Assembly: GCA_944381935.1 (NCBI GenBank) | Contig: CALWMN010000011.1 | Span: 14,030-78,029 of the forward strand | Direction of reading: 5' to 3' | Source: an uncultured Mediterraneibacter sp. | Lineage (GTDB): Bacteria; Bacillota; Clostridia; Lachnospirales; Lachnospiraceae | Length of the DNA: 64,000 nucleotides | In this document: positions 17,560-27,321 of the stretch, piece by piece | How positions within the stretch are numbered: position 1 is the first letter of the stretch | Layout: each line of letters begins with the position of its first letter | The notes under the pieces: generated by a model | Told to the model about the DNA's origin: nothing | Databases searched by the model: none | The model's input: the letters and a program-made list of their open reading frames with translations, nothing else | Translations under genes and position numbers: made by a program

Positions 17560-18423
17560 ATGTTAATGAACATGAAGTCATTGCTTGAGGTCGCCAACGC
17601 AAATAATTTTGCCATTCCAGCATTTAACACGACCCATAACATGATCATGAGGGGAGTGCTGGAGGCAAGCGAGGAAATGCAGGCGCCCGTAATCATCGAG
17701 GTGCATCCGGACGAATTAGAATTTGCACGCCCGTCTTTCATCACCGCCCTTGTCGAAGAAGCCCACAAGGCATCTGTCCCCGTCTGCATCCATCTTGACC
17801 ACGGATCAACTATGGATCAGATCGTCAAGGCGATCCAGTGCGGGTATACATCTGTCATGATCGACGCATCCAGCCGTCCCCTGGAGGAAAACATCTCCAT
17901 CTGCAAAGAGGTGTGCCGCATCGCCCATGCGGTGGATGTATCTGTGGAAGGCGAGCTCGGGACCATCGGAACCACCGCACAGGACATGGATTCTACATCA
18001 AGCACGGAAATACACTATACACGGCCCGAAGAGGCAGTCCGCTTTGTAAAGGAAACGGGGGTGGATTCTCTCGCAGTCGCCATTGGCACCTGCCACGGCA
18101 TTTATCCTGCCGGGATGACCCCGACCCTGCAGCTGGACCTCCTAAAAGAAATCAAAGCTGCCGTCAAGATCCCCCTTGTCCTGCACGGAGGTTCCTCCAA
18201 CAAGGACGAAGAGATCGCCGCCGCTTCCCGGTCCGGAATCAACAAGATCAATATTTCAAGCGATATCAAAGACCCCTTCTACCAAACCTGCAGAAAGGTG
18301 CTGGAAGATCCCTATATCCGGGAACCGGGGGAGATCTATCCGCCATGCATTGACGTCATGAAAAAAGTCATCCGCCACAAATTCGACCTGCTCGGGACGA
18401 CCGGAAAGGCTGCTTTATACTGA
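17560..18423 (+). CDS. Class II ketose-bisphosphate aldolase
   Basis: PAFN, IHLDHG, VMIDAS, EGELG, AIGTCHG, LVLHGGS, KININISSD-like KINISSD; ATG 17560 follows GGAGG (ORF track start 17404 runs through AT-rich promoter DNA). Confidence 0.92.
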   Translation: MLMNMKSLLEVANANNFAIPAFNTTHNMIMRGVLEASEEMQAPVIIEVHPDELEFARPSFITALVEEAHKASVPVCIHLDHGSTMDQIVKAIQCGYTSVMIDASSRPLEENISICKEVCRIAHAVDVSVEGELGTIGTTAQDMDSTSSTEIHYTRPEEAVRFVKETGVDSLAVAIGTCHGIYPAGMTPTLQLDLLKEIKAAVKIPLVLHGGSSNKDEEIAAASRSGINKINISSDIKDPFYQTCRKVLEDPYIREPGEIYPPCIDVMKKVIRHKFDLLGTTGKAALY

Positions 18424-18446
18424 TTTTTACACTTTTCACAAAACAG

Positions 18447-18490
18447 GGGCAGGAACCCGCCCAAATCCGGGGTTCCTGCCCTGAGTTTTT
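18447..18490. terminator. Bidirectional intrinsic terminator
   Basis: 12-bp perfect arms GGGCAGGAACCC / GGGTTCCTGCCC, T tract downstream. Confidence 0.85.
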
Positions 18491-18496
18491 CCATGT

Positions 18497-19774
18497 TCAG
18501 TTTGATCCGCCGCTTTTTATAATCAGCAGTATATCCCGGTTAAATGACTGCATCGGGATTTTTATCCTCCCCCCTTCTCCCCGCACTTCAACCGGCTCCG
18601 TCTTTCTGTTTTCCAGGTCAATGCGCAGAGCTTTGCCGCTGCCCCGGTCCAGGTTCATCTTGATCTCCTTTGCATAAGGAGCATAGACCACGACTGTGCC
18701 CCCATCCTTTGTCCTCCCGCATCTGATCTGCGGGCTGCACCTTTCCAGCAATTCCTGGGCAGGCGTGATTCCGAACAGGTCGTGCTCTTCAAATATCTGT
18801 TTCGCGAAAGCGGCGTCTGATGCCCCGGGAAGCGCAAGCGCCTCCCTCCAGTAGAACGGTTGTCCGGCAAAGCTCTCCCCTTCAAAGACGTCCCCTTCCC
18901 TGTGCCAGGACCATATGCCATGAGCGCCGTACGCCACCCCTGCCGCCGCCCCCGACAAAAGGCTCTGCCAGATGGCTTTCCTGACGTCAAAAGCCCCGAA
19001 CCTCCCGTATCTGTCACCGTGCCCGTGCCCTTCATAGCAGGGTTCTGCATTGATCACGGGGCAGCGGGGTGCTCTGGCTGTGATCTTTTCTGCCAGCAGA
19101 CAGGCGTTTTGCTGTTCCTCAAGCCTGTGCCCCGACTGGTACGCATAAAAATCAATGCCCTCTTCCAGCAGGTCATCCGGCATCTCATATATCCCCGACG
19201 CCATGTGAATGGCAGCCAGAGCTTCCGGGCACTTCCGCCTGATAGCTTTCAAGGCTTTCCGGTAATAACGTGAGGATTCCTCCCCAAAGTCTGTGTCTCC
19301 TCCGATAAAATAAACCGGCTCAAAACGTTCAAAATATTCCACTACACTGTTGACGTGAGTTTCTATCATCTCATACGGGAGCCTGAAGCCTTCCCTCTTT
19401 TGCGACAGCCATGTTCCCGGCACACAGTCGCACCACAGGATAACGAGAACTGGCAGAAACCCATACTCCACCGCCTGTTCCAGTATTTTCTGTGCGTTTT
19501 GGAAATAGGCGTCATTGCGTTTCGTACAGTCAATCTTCCCATCCTCATCTACAGCATACGGGAAAGCGCACTCCCCGCTCTTGCTGCGGTCCCACTGCGG
19601 CAGGACATTCATCTGGAGCGCATTAAACCCCTGCCTTTTCCGGAAAGACAGATAATCCTCCCAGTCCTTTTGGTCTGCATTGGTAAAAGCGCTCCACACC
19701 GTATCCGCAAGATAGAAAAAATTTTTTCCTCCCCTCTTAAAGCAGTCCATCTGTTCTGATCGTTCCAGTCTCAT
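18497..19774 (-). CDS. DUF4038/apiosidase-like (GH140-like) glycoside hydrolase, cytoplasmic
   Basis: FFYLADTVW, RKRQGFNALQ, GGD, YQSGH, PVINAEPCYEG, GVAYGAHGIW; no signal peptide. Confidence 0.75.
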   Translation of the reverse strand: MRLERSEQMDCFKRGGKNFFYLADTVWSAFTNADQKDWEDYLSFRKRQGFNALQMNVLPQWDRSKSGECAFPYAVDEDGKIDCTKRNDAYFQNAQKILEQAVEYGFLPVLVILWCDCVPGTWLSQKREGFRLPYEMIETHVNSVVEYFERFEPVYFIGGDTDFGEESSRYYRKALKAIRRKCPEALAAIHMASGIYEMPDDLLEEGIDFYAYQSGHRLEEQQNACLLAEKITARAPRCPVINAEPCYEGHGHGDRYGRFGAFDVRKAIWQSLLSGAAAGVAYGAHGIWSWHREGDVFEGESFAGQPFYWREALALPGASDAAFAKQIFEEHDLFGITPAQELLERCSPQIRCGRTKDGGTVVVYAPYAKEIKMNLDRGSGKALRIDLENRKTEPVEVRGEGGRIKIPMQSFNRDILLIIKSGGSN

Positions 19775-19785
19775 TTACCCACTCC

Positions 19786-20799
19786 TTACTTTCCAAAACC
19801 TTCCACACATCGCAGCCATTCACGGACAATCTTGTCCTCAAAATTTTCCTTTTCCGATTCCCGAAACGAACCTCTTCTATCCTGGTATTCGATATATTCC
19901 CCGGCAGCGTCCTCCAGGGAATAGGTCCACTCAAATTCCGGGAACTCTCTTTGGAACTCCTCGATCGAAAAGAACAGATTAAACCTGCTTAAGATCGGAA
20001 GAATCTCCCCGATCTCCGGCATTTTTAGTGCCATCAGATGTTCAAACGGAATATGAACCAGACACGGCTTCTCCCCCAGCACACCGGCAAACAGCTCCAC
20101 ATACTGGTCATGCGTCATAGGGACAGGATGGCCGCAGTTATATATTTTCCCTACAGACTTAAGATGTCCAGCGAATTGCGCGATCATCCTCCCTGTGTTG
20201 TACGCGCTGCTGACATGGATCAGCGTATTTCCTCCTCCCGGCACCAGAACCGGTCTTCGGTTCTTCAGCCTTGATACCATCGATACGCCTCCGCTCCTGG
20301 ACAGGAAATCCAGCACGAACCCGGTGCCAAACGAATAGACCGGTCGGATAATGGTCAGAGGGAAACCCGTTTCTTCGCGAAAACCCAGCAAAACTTTTTC
20401 ACACTCCAGCTTCTTTTCGGCATACTCACAGTTCGGCTTACGTTTTTCATCATACTCCCGCATCGGCAGATGGCTGAGGGGATACCCGTAGACGTCGACA
20501 GTACTCAGGAAAATATATTGTTTCACCCTGCTGTTTAACAGCTCTGCCGTGCGCTTTGCCTGCTCCGGTTCAAAACAGACAAAGTCAATCACAACATCCG
20601 GCTGATACTCCTCTACCGCTGCCCTCAGGCACGGGATATCGTCCCGGTCCCCCCTGTAAAACACAACCTTCTCTTCCAGGTCTTTCCCGTCGCTCTTTGG
20701 CAGCGTAAAGACCGCAACTTTTTTCTTCTTTTCCAGAAGTTCCTCAATTGTACTTGTTGACAGATTGCCCGGACCTCCGAGCAAAAGCACTTTTTCCAC
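19786..20799 (-). CDS. NAD-dependent epimerase/dehydratase (extended SDR)
   Basis: LLGGPGNLS, FLSTVDVYG, YAEKK (YxxxK), IIRPVYSFG. Confidence 0.85.
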   Translation of the reverse strand: MEKVLLLGGPGNLSTSTIEELLEKKKKVAVFTLPKSDGKDLEEKVVFYRGDRDDIPCLRAAVEEYQPDVVIDFVCFEPEQAKRTAELLNSRVKQYIFLSTVDVYGYPLSHLPMREYDEKRKPNCEYAEKKLECEKVLLGFREETGFPLTIIRPVYSFGTGFVLDFLSRSGGVSMVSRLKNRRPVLVPGGGNTLIHVSSAYNTGRMIAQFAGHLKSVGKIYNCGHPVPMTHDQYVELFAGVLGEKPCLVHIPFEHLMALKMPEIGEILPILSRFNLFFSIEEFQREFPEFEWTYSLEDAAGEYIEYQDRRGSFRESEKENFEDKIVREWLRCVEGFGK

Positions 20800-20843
20800 T
20801 TCCGTTCCTCCCTTCTTATTTCACGCCGCAGCAACGCTCCCTT

Positions 20844-21692
20844 TCAGCCTTTCACCGCACCGGCCGTAAGTCCTTTTACAACCTGCTCCTGGAAAAGCGC
20901 ATAAATGATAAGCGTAGGAACAATCATAACTACAACGCCGGCCGCAATCATCCCCTGGTCACTGGAATATTGCCCTCTCAGGCTCAGGGTGACCAGGTTT
21001 AACGTCGTATTCTCCGTTCCATTTACCAGTATCATGGCAAAGAGAAACTCCTGCCATACATTCAGGAATACAAACATCCCAGCCGTCGCCATTGCGCTTT
21101 TGCTCAGCGGAAGCACAATGCGGAAATAAATGCTCCTAAGGGAACACCCGTCGATAACAGCCGCCTCCAATATCTCATCCGGGAGCGAGGTTTTCATGAA
21201 ATTTGTAATGATAAAAATTGCAAATGACAGATTGATCACAACATAAACCAGCAGCAGCCCCGGCTTAGTTCCGTTCAACCCCATATTCCTGATATCCACA
21301 AACAGCGGAATTATGATCGCCTGGATCGGAATCAGCATCCCGACCAGAAAGTAGGTCTGCAATGTTGACTTTGCCGCTATTTTTGCCAGATAAAAACTCA
21401 CCATCGATCCCAGCAGAAGAACAAAAATGAGCGTTCCTGCCGAATAGAACAGGCTGTTGAAAAAAGCTTTCGGCAAAATGGATATCGTCGTCAGTATGTG
21501 CTGGTAGTTTTCTACTATAAATGGATCGGGCCACTCAAACGGATGGACATATATCTGGCTGTTGTCCTTAAACGAATTCAACAGTGTCCATATAATCGGA
21601 AGAACCGAATACATCGCCAGAATCAGCAAAACCGCATGTTTCAAAATATTCCCTGTTTTTGCCCTCAATTTCCCCTTTTCCATATCCATCAC
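20844..21692 (-). CDS. Carbohydrate ABC transporter permease
   Basis: EAA loop EILEAAVIDGCS, LTAGAVKG end; true start may be ATG 21683. Confidence 0.92.
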   Translation of the reverse strand: MMDMEKGKLRAKTGNILKHAVLLILAMYSVLPIIWTLLNSFKDNSQIYVHPFEWPDPFIVENYQHILTTISILPKAFFNSLFYSAGTLIFVLLLGSMVSFYLAKIAAKSTLQTYFLVGMLIPIQAIIIPLFVDIRNMGLNGTKPGLLLVYVVINLSFAIFIITNFMKTSLPDEILEAAVIDGCSLRSIYFRIVLPLSKSAMATAGMFVFLNVWQEFLFAMILVNGTENTTLNLVTLSLRGQYSSDQGMIAAGVVVMIVPTLIIYALFQEQVVKGLTAGAVKG

Positions 21693-21700
21693 TCCTTACG

Positions 21701-22585
21701 CTAATCTTCTCTGTTCCTGAATCTCCGGACTCCGTTAAACAACACCGAAAACAGCAGCGCGAAGGACAGCACAATAATCGCGACAGCGCTTCCCTTCCCG
21801 AAGTTCAGTTTCTGAAACGACTCCTGATACAGGTAAACGCTCAGATAACTGGAACGTACTCCCGGTCCTCCCCAGGTCATCACGTAGGAATGTTCAAAAG
21901 ATTTAAACACATTGCTCGTCATCAGGATAATATTGGTAAACGTGATGTTCTTAACCATAGGGACCACAATATTGACAAACATTCTGACAGAGCTTGCCCC
22001 GTCTATCATCGCACTCTCCAGGACGTCGTCCGGGACCATCTGGATTCCCGCCAGGGAAATGATCGTTGTGATAGCGGTAGACTGGTAGACCATCGGAACC
22101 ATAACCGTAAACAATACAATGTTGGGATCCGAAAGCCAGTTCTGCCGAAGCTCTTCCAGCCCCAGAAAGGACAAGACGCTGTTCACTGGTCCAAAGTCCC
22201 CGTTAAAAACCAGGGTAAACATCAGCGAAACCGCAGACGCAGAAAGAATCACCGGAAGAAAGGCCACAAACCGGTAAACCTTAAACATTTTCCTCGTCCT
22301 GAAGATCAGATATGAAAATACAAGCCCAAGCGGCACCGAGGTGAGAAGGACTACGGCAAGCTGTTTTATCGTATTCATAATAACGATCCAGAAATCCGTA
22401 TCCCGCAGCAGGTTCCTGTAATTTTTAAACCCGGCAAACACAGGGGGCGTAATCGCATTCCAGTCGGTCAGTGAATAATAGAACGATATGGCAATTGAAA
22501 CAATAACAAAAACCGTATATAAAATCAGTGTGGGAACGACAAACCCCAAAAATGCCTTCCCTTTATGCTTTCTTAAATGTGACAT
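21701..22585 (-). CDS. Carbohydrate ABC transporter permease
   Basis: EAA loop DVLESAMIDGAS; ATG 22585 (ORF track start 22624). Confidence 0.92.
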   Translation of the reverse strand: MSHLRKHKGKAFLGFVVPTLILYTVFVIVSIAISFYYSLTDWNAITPPVFAGFKNYRNLLRDTDFWIVIMNTIKQLAVVLLTSVPLGLVFSYLIFRTRKMFKVYRFVAFLPVILSASAVSLMFTLVFNGDFGPVNSVLSFLGLEELRQNWLSDPNIVLFTVMVPMVYQSTAITTIISLAGIQMVPDDVLESAMIDGASSVRMFVNIVVPMVKNITFTNIILMTSNVFKSFEHSYVMTWGGPGVRSSYLSVYLYQESFQKLNFGKGSAVAIIVLSFALLFSVLFNGVRRFRNRED

Positions 22586-22669
22586 TTTCACACCCTCTTT
22601 ACCGGGGGACTGGATTTGCGGCATACCAGAAACCCAATCCCCGCCTTACTGCTTTCTTTCTTCCAACGC

Positions 22670-24013
22670 CTATCCCTGCTGGCTCTTATAGTCATCACAC
22701 ATCTTCTGGCATTTTTCTGTAAACTCATCTGCATTAATGGCTCCTGACCACAGCTCATCCAGATAAGACTGGTAATCAGCCTGAAGGGATGCCGCCGGCA
22801 GGTTCTGCCACACCATCGGAGAGGCTTCTGTCTGATGTTCCTCGTGATACTCCAGCGCCTTTTTCAGCATCGGGCTCTCAAGCCGGGAGAGATCCACCTG
22901 ATCCTGGATCGAGCTGTCAACCGATACCAGAAGCCCTTTTTTCGCACATTCAAGAATCAGGTCATGGCTGATGAGATCCAGCACTTTTATCATCGCCTCT
23001 TCCTTTTTCTCCATTGATTCCTGATTCACTGCATAACATTCATTTACCGTCCCCTGCATAAACGTAGAAGTATCGCGTTCCGCATCCGGAAGTTCTGGAA
23101 CCGGTATGATCACAGATTTTTCTACCATCTCATCCGAAATCCCCTCAAACGCAAAGCTGAAAGTATAGCACATCGCGGATAATCCTTCATTATAATACGC
23201 GATACTTGGATCCCAGTCTCCTGTCGCCGTGACATCGTCCGAGAACATCCCCTTATCCCTCATCTCCTGGCAGCGCTCAGCCGCTTTCACAAACGCTTCT
23301 GATGTAAAGTCCAGGTTTGTCGAGAGGTTCTCGATATCCGTTACACCGGCATTGTACTGGTTGATCAGCTCACTGTGCCAGAAATGGGACGGGTTCCCGC
23401 CTTTTGAGCCTATATTAGTAGGCGTGATCCCATTTTCCCTGAACACTTCACCGCAGTGAAGAAACTCTTCCCACGTTTCCGGATAATCCAGGTTATATTT
23501 TTCAAACAGCTCCGAGTTGCACATAAACACACCGACAGCCTTATATTTAGGAACAGCACACACAACATCATCCACCGACACTCCATCCAGGGTAGCCTGT
23601 GTATAATTGTCAAGGCTCACCTTCCCGCTCTTTGCAAAGTAGGACGATGACAGATCTCCCAGGATACCGCTGTTATAAAAATCAACGAGGGATCCCCTGC
23701 ATCCGAACTGCCAGATATCCGGTGTCTCTCCCGCGGCTATCCTGGTCGCGACAACGTCTCTGATCTCATCTCCCATAACCGCTTCATTTTCAATAATGAT
23801 ATCCGGGTTTTCTTCCATAAAATCGTCGAACATCTGCAGCGCGATATCCGATTCCTCGTTCGCCCCCTCACTCCAATGGCTCAAGATCTTGATCGTCACC
23901 TTCTCTCCGTCCCCACTGTCTGCAGAGCCGCCACCCGCGCCGCATCCGGCAAGCAGCGATACACACATAGCCGCCGCTAATGCTGCTGATAACATTCTTT
24001 TCCTTTTTTTCAT
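22670..24013 (-). CDS. Sugar ABC transporter substrate-binding lipoprotein
   Basis: Lipobox LLAGC, family 1 SBP-like sequence, upstream of permeases. Confidence 0.9.
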   Translation of the reverse strand: MKKRKRMLSAALAAAMCVSLLAGCGAGGGSADSGDGEKVTIKILSHWSEGANEESDIALQMFDDFMEENPDIIIENEAVMGDEIRDVVATRIAAGETPDIWQFGCRGSLVDFYNSGILGDLSSSYFAKSGKVSLDNYTQATLDGVSVDDVVCAVPKYKAVGVFMCNSELFEKYNLDYPETWEEFLHCGEVFRENGITPTNIGSKGGNPSHFWHSELINQYNAGVTDIENLSTNLDFTSEAFVKAAERCQEMRDKGMFSDDVTATGDWDPSIAYYNEGLSAMCYTFSFAFEGISDEMVEKSVIIPVPELPDAERDTSTFMQGTVNECYAVNQESMEKKEEAMIKVLDLISHDLILECAKKGLLVSVDSSIQDQVDLSRLESPMLKKALEYHEEHQTEASPMVWQNLPAASLQADYQSYLDELWSGAINADEFTEKCQKMCDDYKSQQG

Positions 24014-24087
24014 ACTGCACCTCCACTTTTTATAAATTTGTCTGCCGGATCTCTCTGTGAGATGCCGGCCTGTTGCTTTATGGCATA

Positions 24088-24116
24088 ATCATACATCACT
24101 TTGATACATTTGTCTA
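24088..24116 (-). promoter_or_regulatory. Promoter for the second ABC/hydrolase operon
   Basis: TAGACA-17 bp-TATGAT on the minus strand. Confidence 0.6.
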
Positions 24117-24159
24117 CATTTTTATTTTATGTTTTTGAAAATATTATTTTTATATTGTA

Positions 24160-24187
24160 TTGACATTTTTGCTTATTTGAATATAAT
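24160..24187 (+). promoter_or_regulatory. Promoter for the SIS-to-RpiR operon
   Basis: TTGACA-16 bp-TATAAT. Confidence 0.7.
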
Positions 24188-24316
24188 TAAGATAAATACA
24201 CAGTATTTTTTCGCGAAAAATCGGTATTTTTTACCTGTTTGTTTTCTTTTTATTAATCTTTTTATGAAAAATAATTTTTATTTTTATTTTAAATTTTTGA
24301 AAAGGAGTGTAGTTCT

Positions 24317-24928
24317 ATGGATAACGGACAAATTCAAAAGGAAATCATCCGGACCATTCAGGCGGAGGCCGGTTCCATTTCTGCCCTGACCAATTTTCTC
24401 AATATGGAAGATCTGGCAAAAGCCGTGACCCTTATCGGGAACTGCAAAGGGCGGATCATTCTTTCAGGATGCGGGACCTCAGCTATGGCAGCAAGAAAAA
24501 TCGCCCATTCTCTGTGCTGCATTGAACGTCCCTCCGCCTTTTTAATCCCTTCGGACGCCGTTCACGGAGCGCTGGGACTTCTTCAGCCAGATGATATCCT
24601 GATCCTCATCAGCAAAGGCGGAAATACACGAGAGCTTGTGGAGCTTGTTCCCGCGTGCAGGGCAAAGGGCGCTTATCTCATCTCCGTAACGGAAAACAGG
24701 GGTTCCAGGCTGGGAAGCCTTGCCGACCTGTGCCTCTGCGTAAAGGTAGATTCCGAGCCCTGCCCCTTTAATATGCTGGCAACCGCCAGCACACTTGCCG
24801 TCATTTCTGTTTTTGACGCGATCTGCATTGCCCTAATGCATTTCACCAACTACACAAAAGAACAATTCGCAGTCATTCACCCTGAAGGTGCGGTCGGAGA
24901 ACGCCTGACGGGAAGAAAGGAAGGATAA
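24317..24928 (+). CDS. SIS-domain sugar-phosphate isomerase (KdsD/GutQ-like, no CBS domains)
   Basis: GCGTS..ARKIA, AVHGALG, ISKGGNT, CPFNMLATAS, FAVIHPEG. Confidence 0.85.
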   Translation: MDNGQIQKEIIRTIQAEAGSISALTNFLNMEDLAKAVTLIGNCKGRIILSGCGTSAMAARKIAHSLCCIERPSAFLIPSDAVHGALGLLQPDDILILISKGGNTRELVELVPACRAKGAYLISVTENRGSRLGSLADLCLCVKVDSEPCPFNMLATASTLAVISVFDAICIALMHFTNYTKEQFAVIHPEGAVGERLTGRKEG

Positions 24929-24932
24929 TGCT

Positions 24933-25982
24933 ATGGCTCTTATGAAAGCTGCAGTTTTTAAAGACATCGGACGCATAGAGACAGAAGGACGCCCCATTCC
25001 CGCCTGCCCGGATGACGGCGTGCTGATCAAAATATATGCCTGCGGGATCTGCGGAGGCGATGTCCGTAACTACCACAACGGGTTAAAGGGCGGGATTAAG
25101 AATCAGATCATGGGCCATGAGATCGCAGGCCAGATTGTCAAAACCGGGGAAAATGTCACTCGTTTCCAACCCGGCGACCGGGTTGCCCTCGCCCCTGACG
25201 TAAGCTGCGGGGAATGTTGGTACTGCAAGCGGGGAATGGTCAATCTCTGTTCTTCCCACAAAATGCTGGGAACCCATTTCCCCGGGGGATACGCACAGTA
25301 TATCGCGCTTCCCGGTGAGGTCCTATCCCACGGGTTCATCGAGCCGATCCCGGAAGGCATGAGCTATGACCACGCCGCTTTTGCCGAGACCGCTTCCGCA
25401 GTGATCGCATGCCAAGACTACAATAACGTTTCTCTGGGAGACCGGGTCGTCATTATCGGGGACGGACCTGTGGGATGTCTCCACGTCGAAGTGGCAAGAG
25501 CGAGGGGAGCATCCAAAATCATCCTGCTCGGGCGCGAAAAGCTGGAACTTGCAAGGGCCTTTCACCCCGATCACCTGATCGACAATTCCAATCCCGGGGA
25601 AGTGGTACAAAAGGTCCGCGAACTCTGCGGGGGAATCGGCGCTGACATCGTGATCTGTGCCGTTCCCACTGTGGCCATCCAGCAGCAGGCGATCGATATG
25701 GTACGCAAGCGCGGAAGGGTTGTGATCTATGGGGGTGTCCCAAAGAAGAACGAGATCAGTTCTCTTAATTCTAATTCTATCCATTACAACGAGATCATGG
25801 TGCTAGGAGCATTTTCCTACCCCTCAACCGGTCTTTCCGACGCCCTTTGTGCGATCGCTTCCGGCAAGATCACAGCCGACAAATATCTCACGGCAAAGGT
25901 GTCTCTCGAAGATGTGGCCAAAGGCATGGAAATGATAGAAAACGGCGGCGCGCTGAAAGTCCTCATAGATCCGTGGCTGTAA
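24933..25982 (+). CDS. Zn-dependent polyol/sugar dehydrogenase (MDR family)
   Basis: CGICGGD, GHEIAG, structural Zn CGECWYCKRGMVNLC, GDGPVG. Confidence 0.92.
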   Translation: MALMKAAVFKDIGRIETEGRPIPACPDDGVLIKIYACGICGGDVRNYHNGLKGGIKNQIMGHEIAGQIVKTGENVTRFQPGDRVALAPDVSCGECWYCKRGMVNLCSSHKMLGTHFPGGYAQYIALPGEVLSHGFIEPIPEGMSYDHAAFAETASAVIACQDYNNVSLGDRVVIIGDGPVGCLHVEVARARGASKIILLGREKLELARAFHPDHLIDNSNPGEVVQKVRELCGGIGADIVICAVPTVAIQQQAIDMVRKRGRVVIYGGVPKKNEISSLNSNSIHYNEIMVLGAFSYPSTGLSDALCAIASGKITADKYLTAKVSLEDVAKGMEMIENGGALKVLIDPWL

Positions 25983-26007
25983 AACATTATGGAAGGAGTG
26001 TTTAGAC

Positions 26008-27303
26008 ATGTACGAAATTGACAGTAAACTGGAGGCACTGGCAGAAAAAAACGAACCGATACGGGTAAGCCTGGTCGGCGCCGGCCAGATGGGAAAGGAT
26101 ATCGTCTCCCAGATATCCATGATGAAGGGTATGGAGTGCGATATCGTGGTGGACGTCTCGACGGATATCGCCCTGGATGCTTACACGCAGGCACACTACG
26201 ATGGGGAGATCGTCGTAGCAGATACCACGGCCAAAGCAGAAAAAGCCATCGACGAAGGCAAGAAAGTCATCACCACAAATTATGAAGTTGCCGTAAGCGC
26301 GCGGCAGGTCCAGTCCGTTATCGACGCCACCGGCTCTCCTGAAATGGGGGCGCGCATTACTGCCAAATGCATCTTTTACAAAAAACATATTGTGATGATG
26401 AACGTGGAGTGCGATATCACGATCGGACCGATCTTAAGGAAGCTGTGCGAACAGGCAGGGATCGTATATTCCCTTACCGCCGGGGACGAACCGGGTTCCA
26501 TCATAGAGGTCTACCGCTTTGCCAAAGCCCTGGGGTTCGAGGTAGTAGCTGCCGGGAAAGGCAAGAATAATCCCCTGGACTTTTCTGCGAACCCCGGGCA
26601 GAAAGAATGGAAGGAAAAAGCTGCCGCCCGGGATATGAACCCGCGCATGCTTGTGGAATTTGTGGACGGTTCCAAGACAATGATCGAGATGTGCGCGGTG
26701 TCCAACGCCACCGGACTGATCCCGGATGTGCGCGGCATGCACGGTCCCCGCTGCAATGTCAAAGACCTGACAAAGGTATTCTCTTTGAAAGAGCAGGGCG
26801 GGATCCTGGAAAAGAAGGGGGTTGTGGATTTTGGCATCGGGGACATCAATCCGGGCGTCTTCGTGATTGTCACCACCGACAACCAGCGGATCATTGACGG
26901 CCTGGTTCAGCGTGATATGGGAAACGGACCCAACTACCTCCTCTACAGGCCTTATCATCTGTGTTCCATCGAGACTCCCATAACCGCTGCACAGGCTGTC
27001 CTCTACGGGGAATCAACCGCCCATCCGATGGATCACCTGACGTCCGAGTGTATCACCATAGCGAAAAAGGACCTGCGCGCCGGAGAAGTGCTGGATTCCA
27101 TCGGGGAATACTGCTACCGGGCGTCCATCGAGACCGCGCCCGTCGCAAAAGCCGGAAATATGCTTCCGGTCGGACTGGCAAAGGGAGCTGTCATGAAAAC
27201 GGACGTCCCCGCCGATACCGTAATCACGTATGACATGGTTGAATTAAATGACAGTTCTGTTCTCCTGCAGCTTCGCAGGATGCAGGACCAGCTTATGGAT
27301 TAA
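26008..27303 (+). CDS. NAD(P)-dependent oxidoreductase with C-terminal SAF domain (COG4091-like)
   Basis: GAGQMG Rossmann motif, IDATG, MMNVECD, AGDEPG, DGSKT; C-terminal AKKDLRAGEVLD...PVGLA SAF-like domain. Confidence 0.8.
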   Translation: MYEIDSKLEALAEKNEPIRVSLVGAGQMGKDIVSQISMMKGMECDIVVDVSTDIALDAYTQAHYDGEIVVADTTAKAEKAIDEGKKVITTNYEVAVSARQVQSVIDATGSPEMGARITAKCIFYKKHIVMMNVECDITIGPILRKLCEQAGIVYSLTAGDEPGSIIEVYRFAKALGFEVVAAGKGKNNPLDFSANPGQKEWKEKAAARDMNPRMLVEFVDGSKTMIEMCAVSNATGLIPDVRGMHGPRCNVKDLTKVFSLKEQGGILEKKGVVDFGIGDINPGVFVIVTTDNQRIIDGLVQRDMGNGPNYLLYRPYHLCSIETPITAAQAVLYGESTAHPMDHLTSECITIAKKDLRAGEVLDSIGEYCYRASIETAPVAKAGNMLPVGLAKGAVMKTDVPADTVITYDMVELNDSSVLLQLRRMQDQLMD

Positions 27304-27321
27304 AAACAAGGAGGTTTTATT

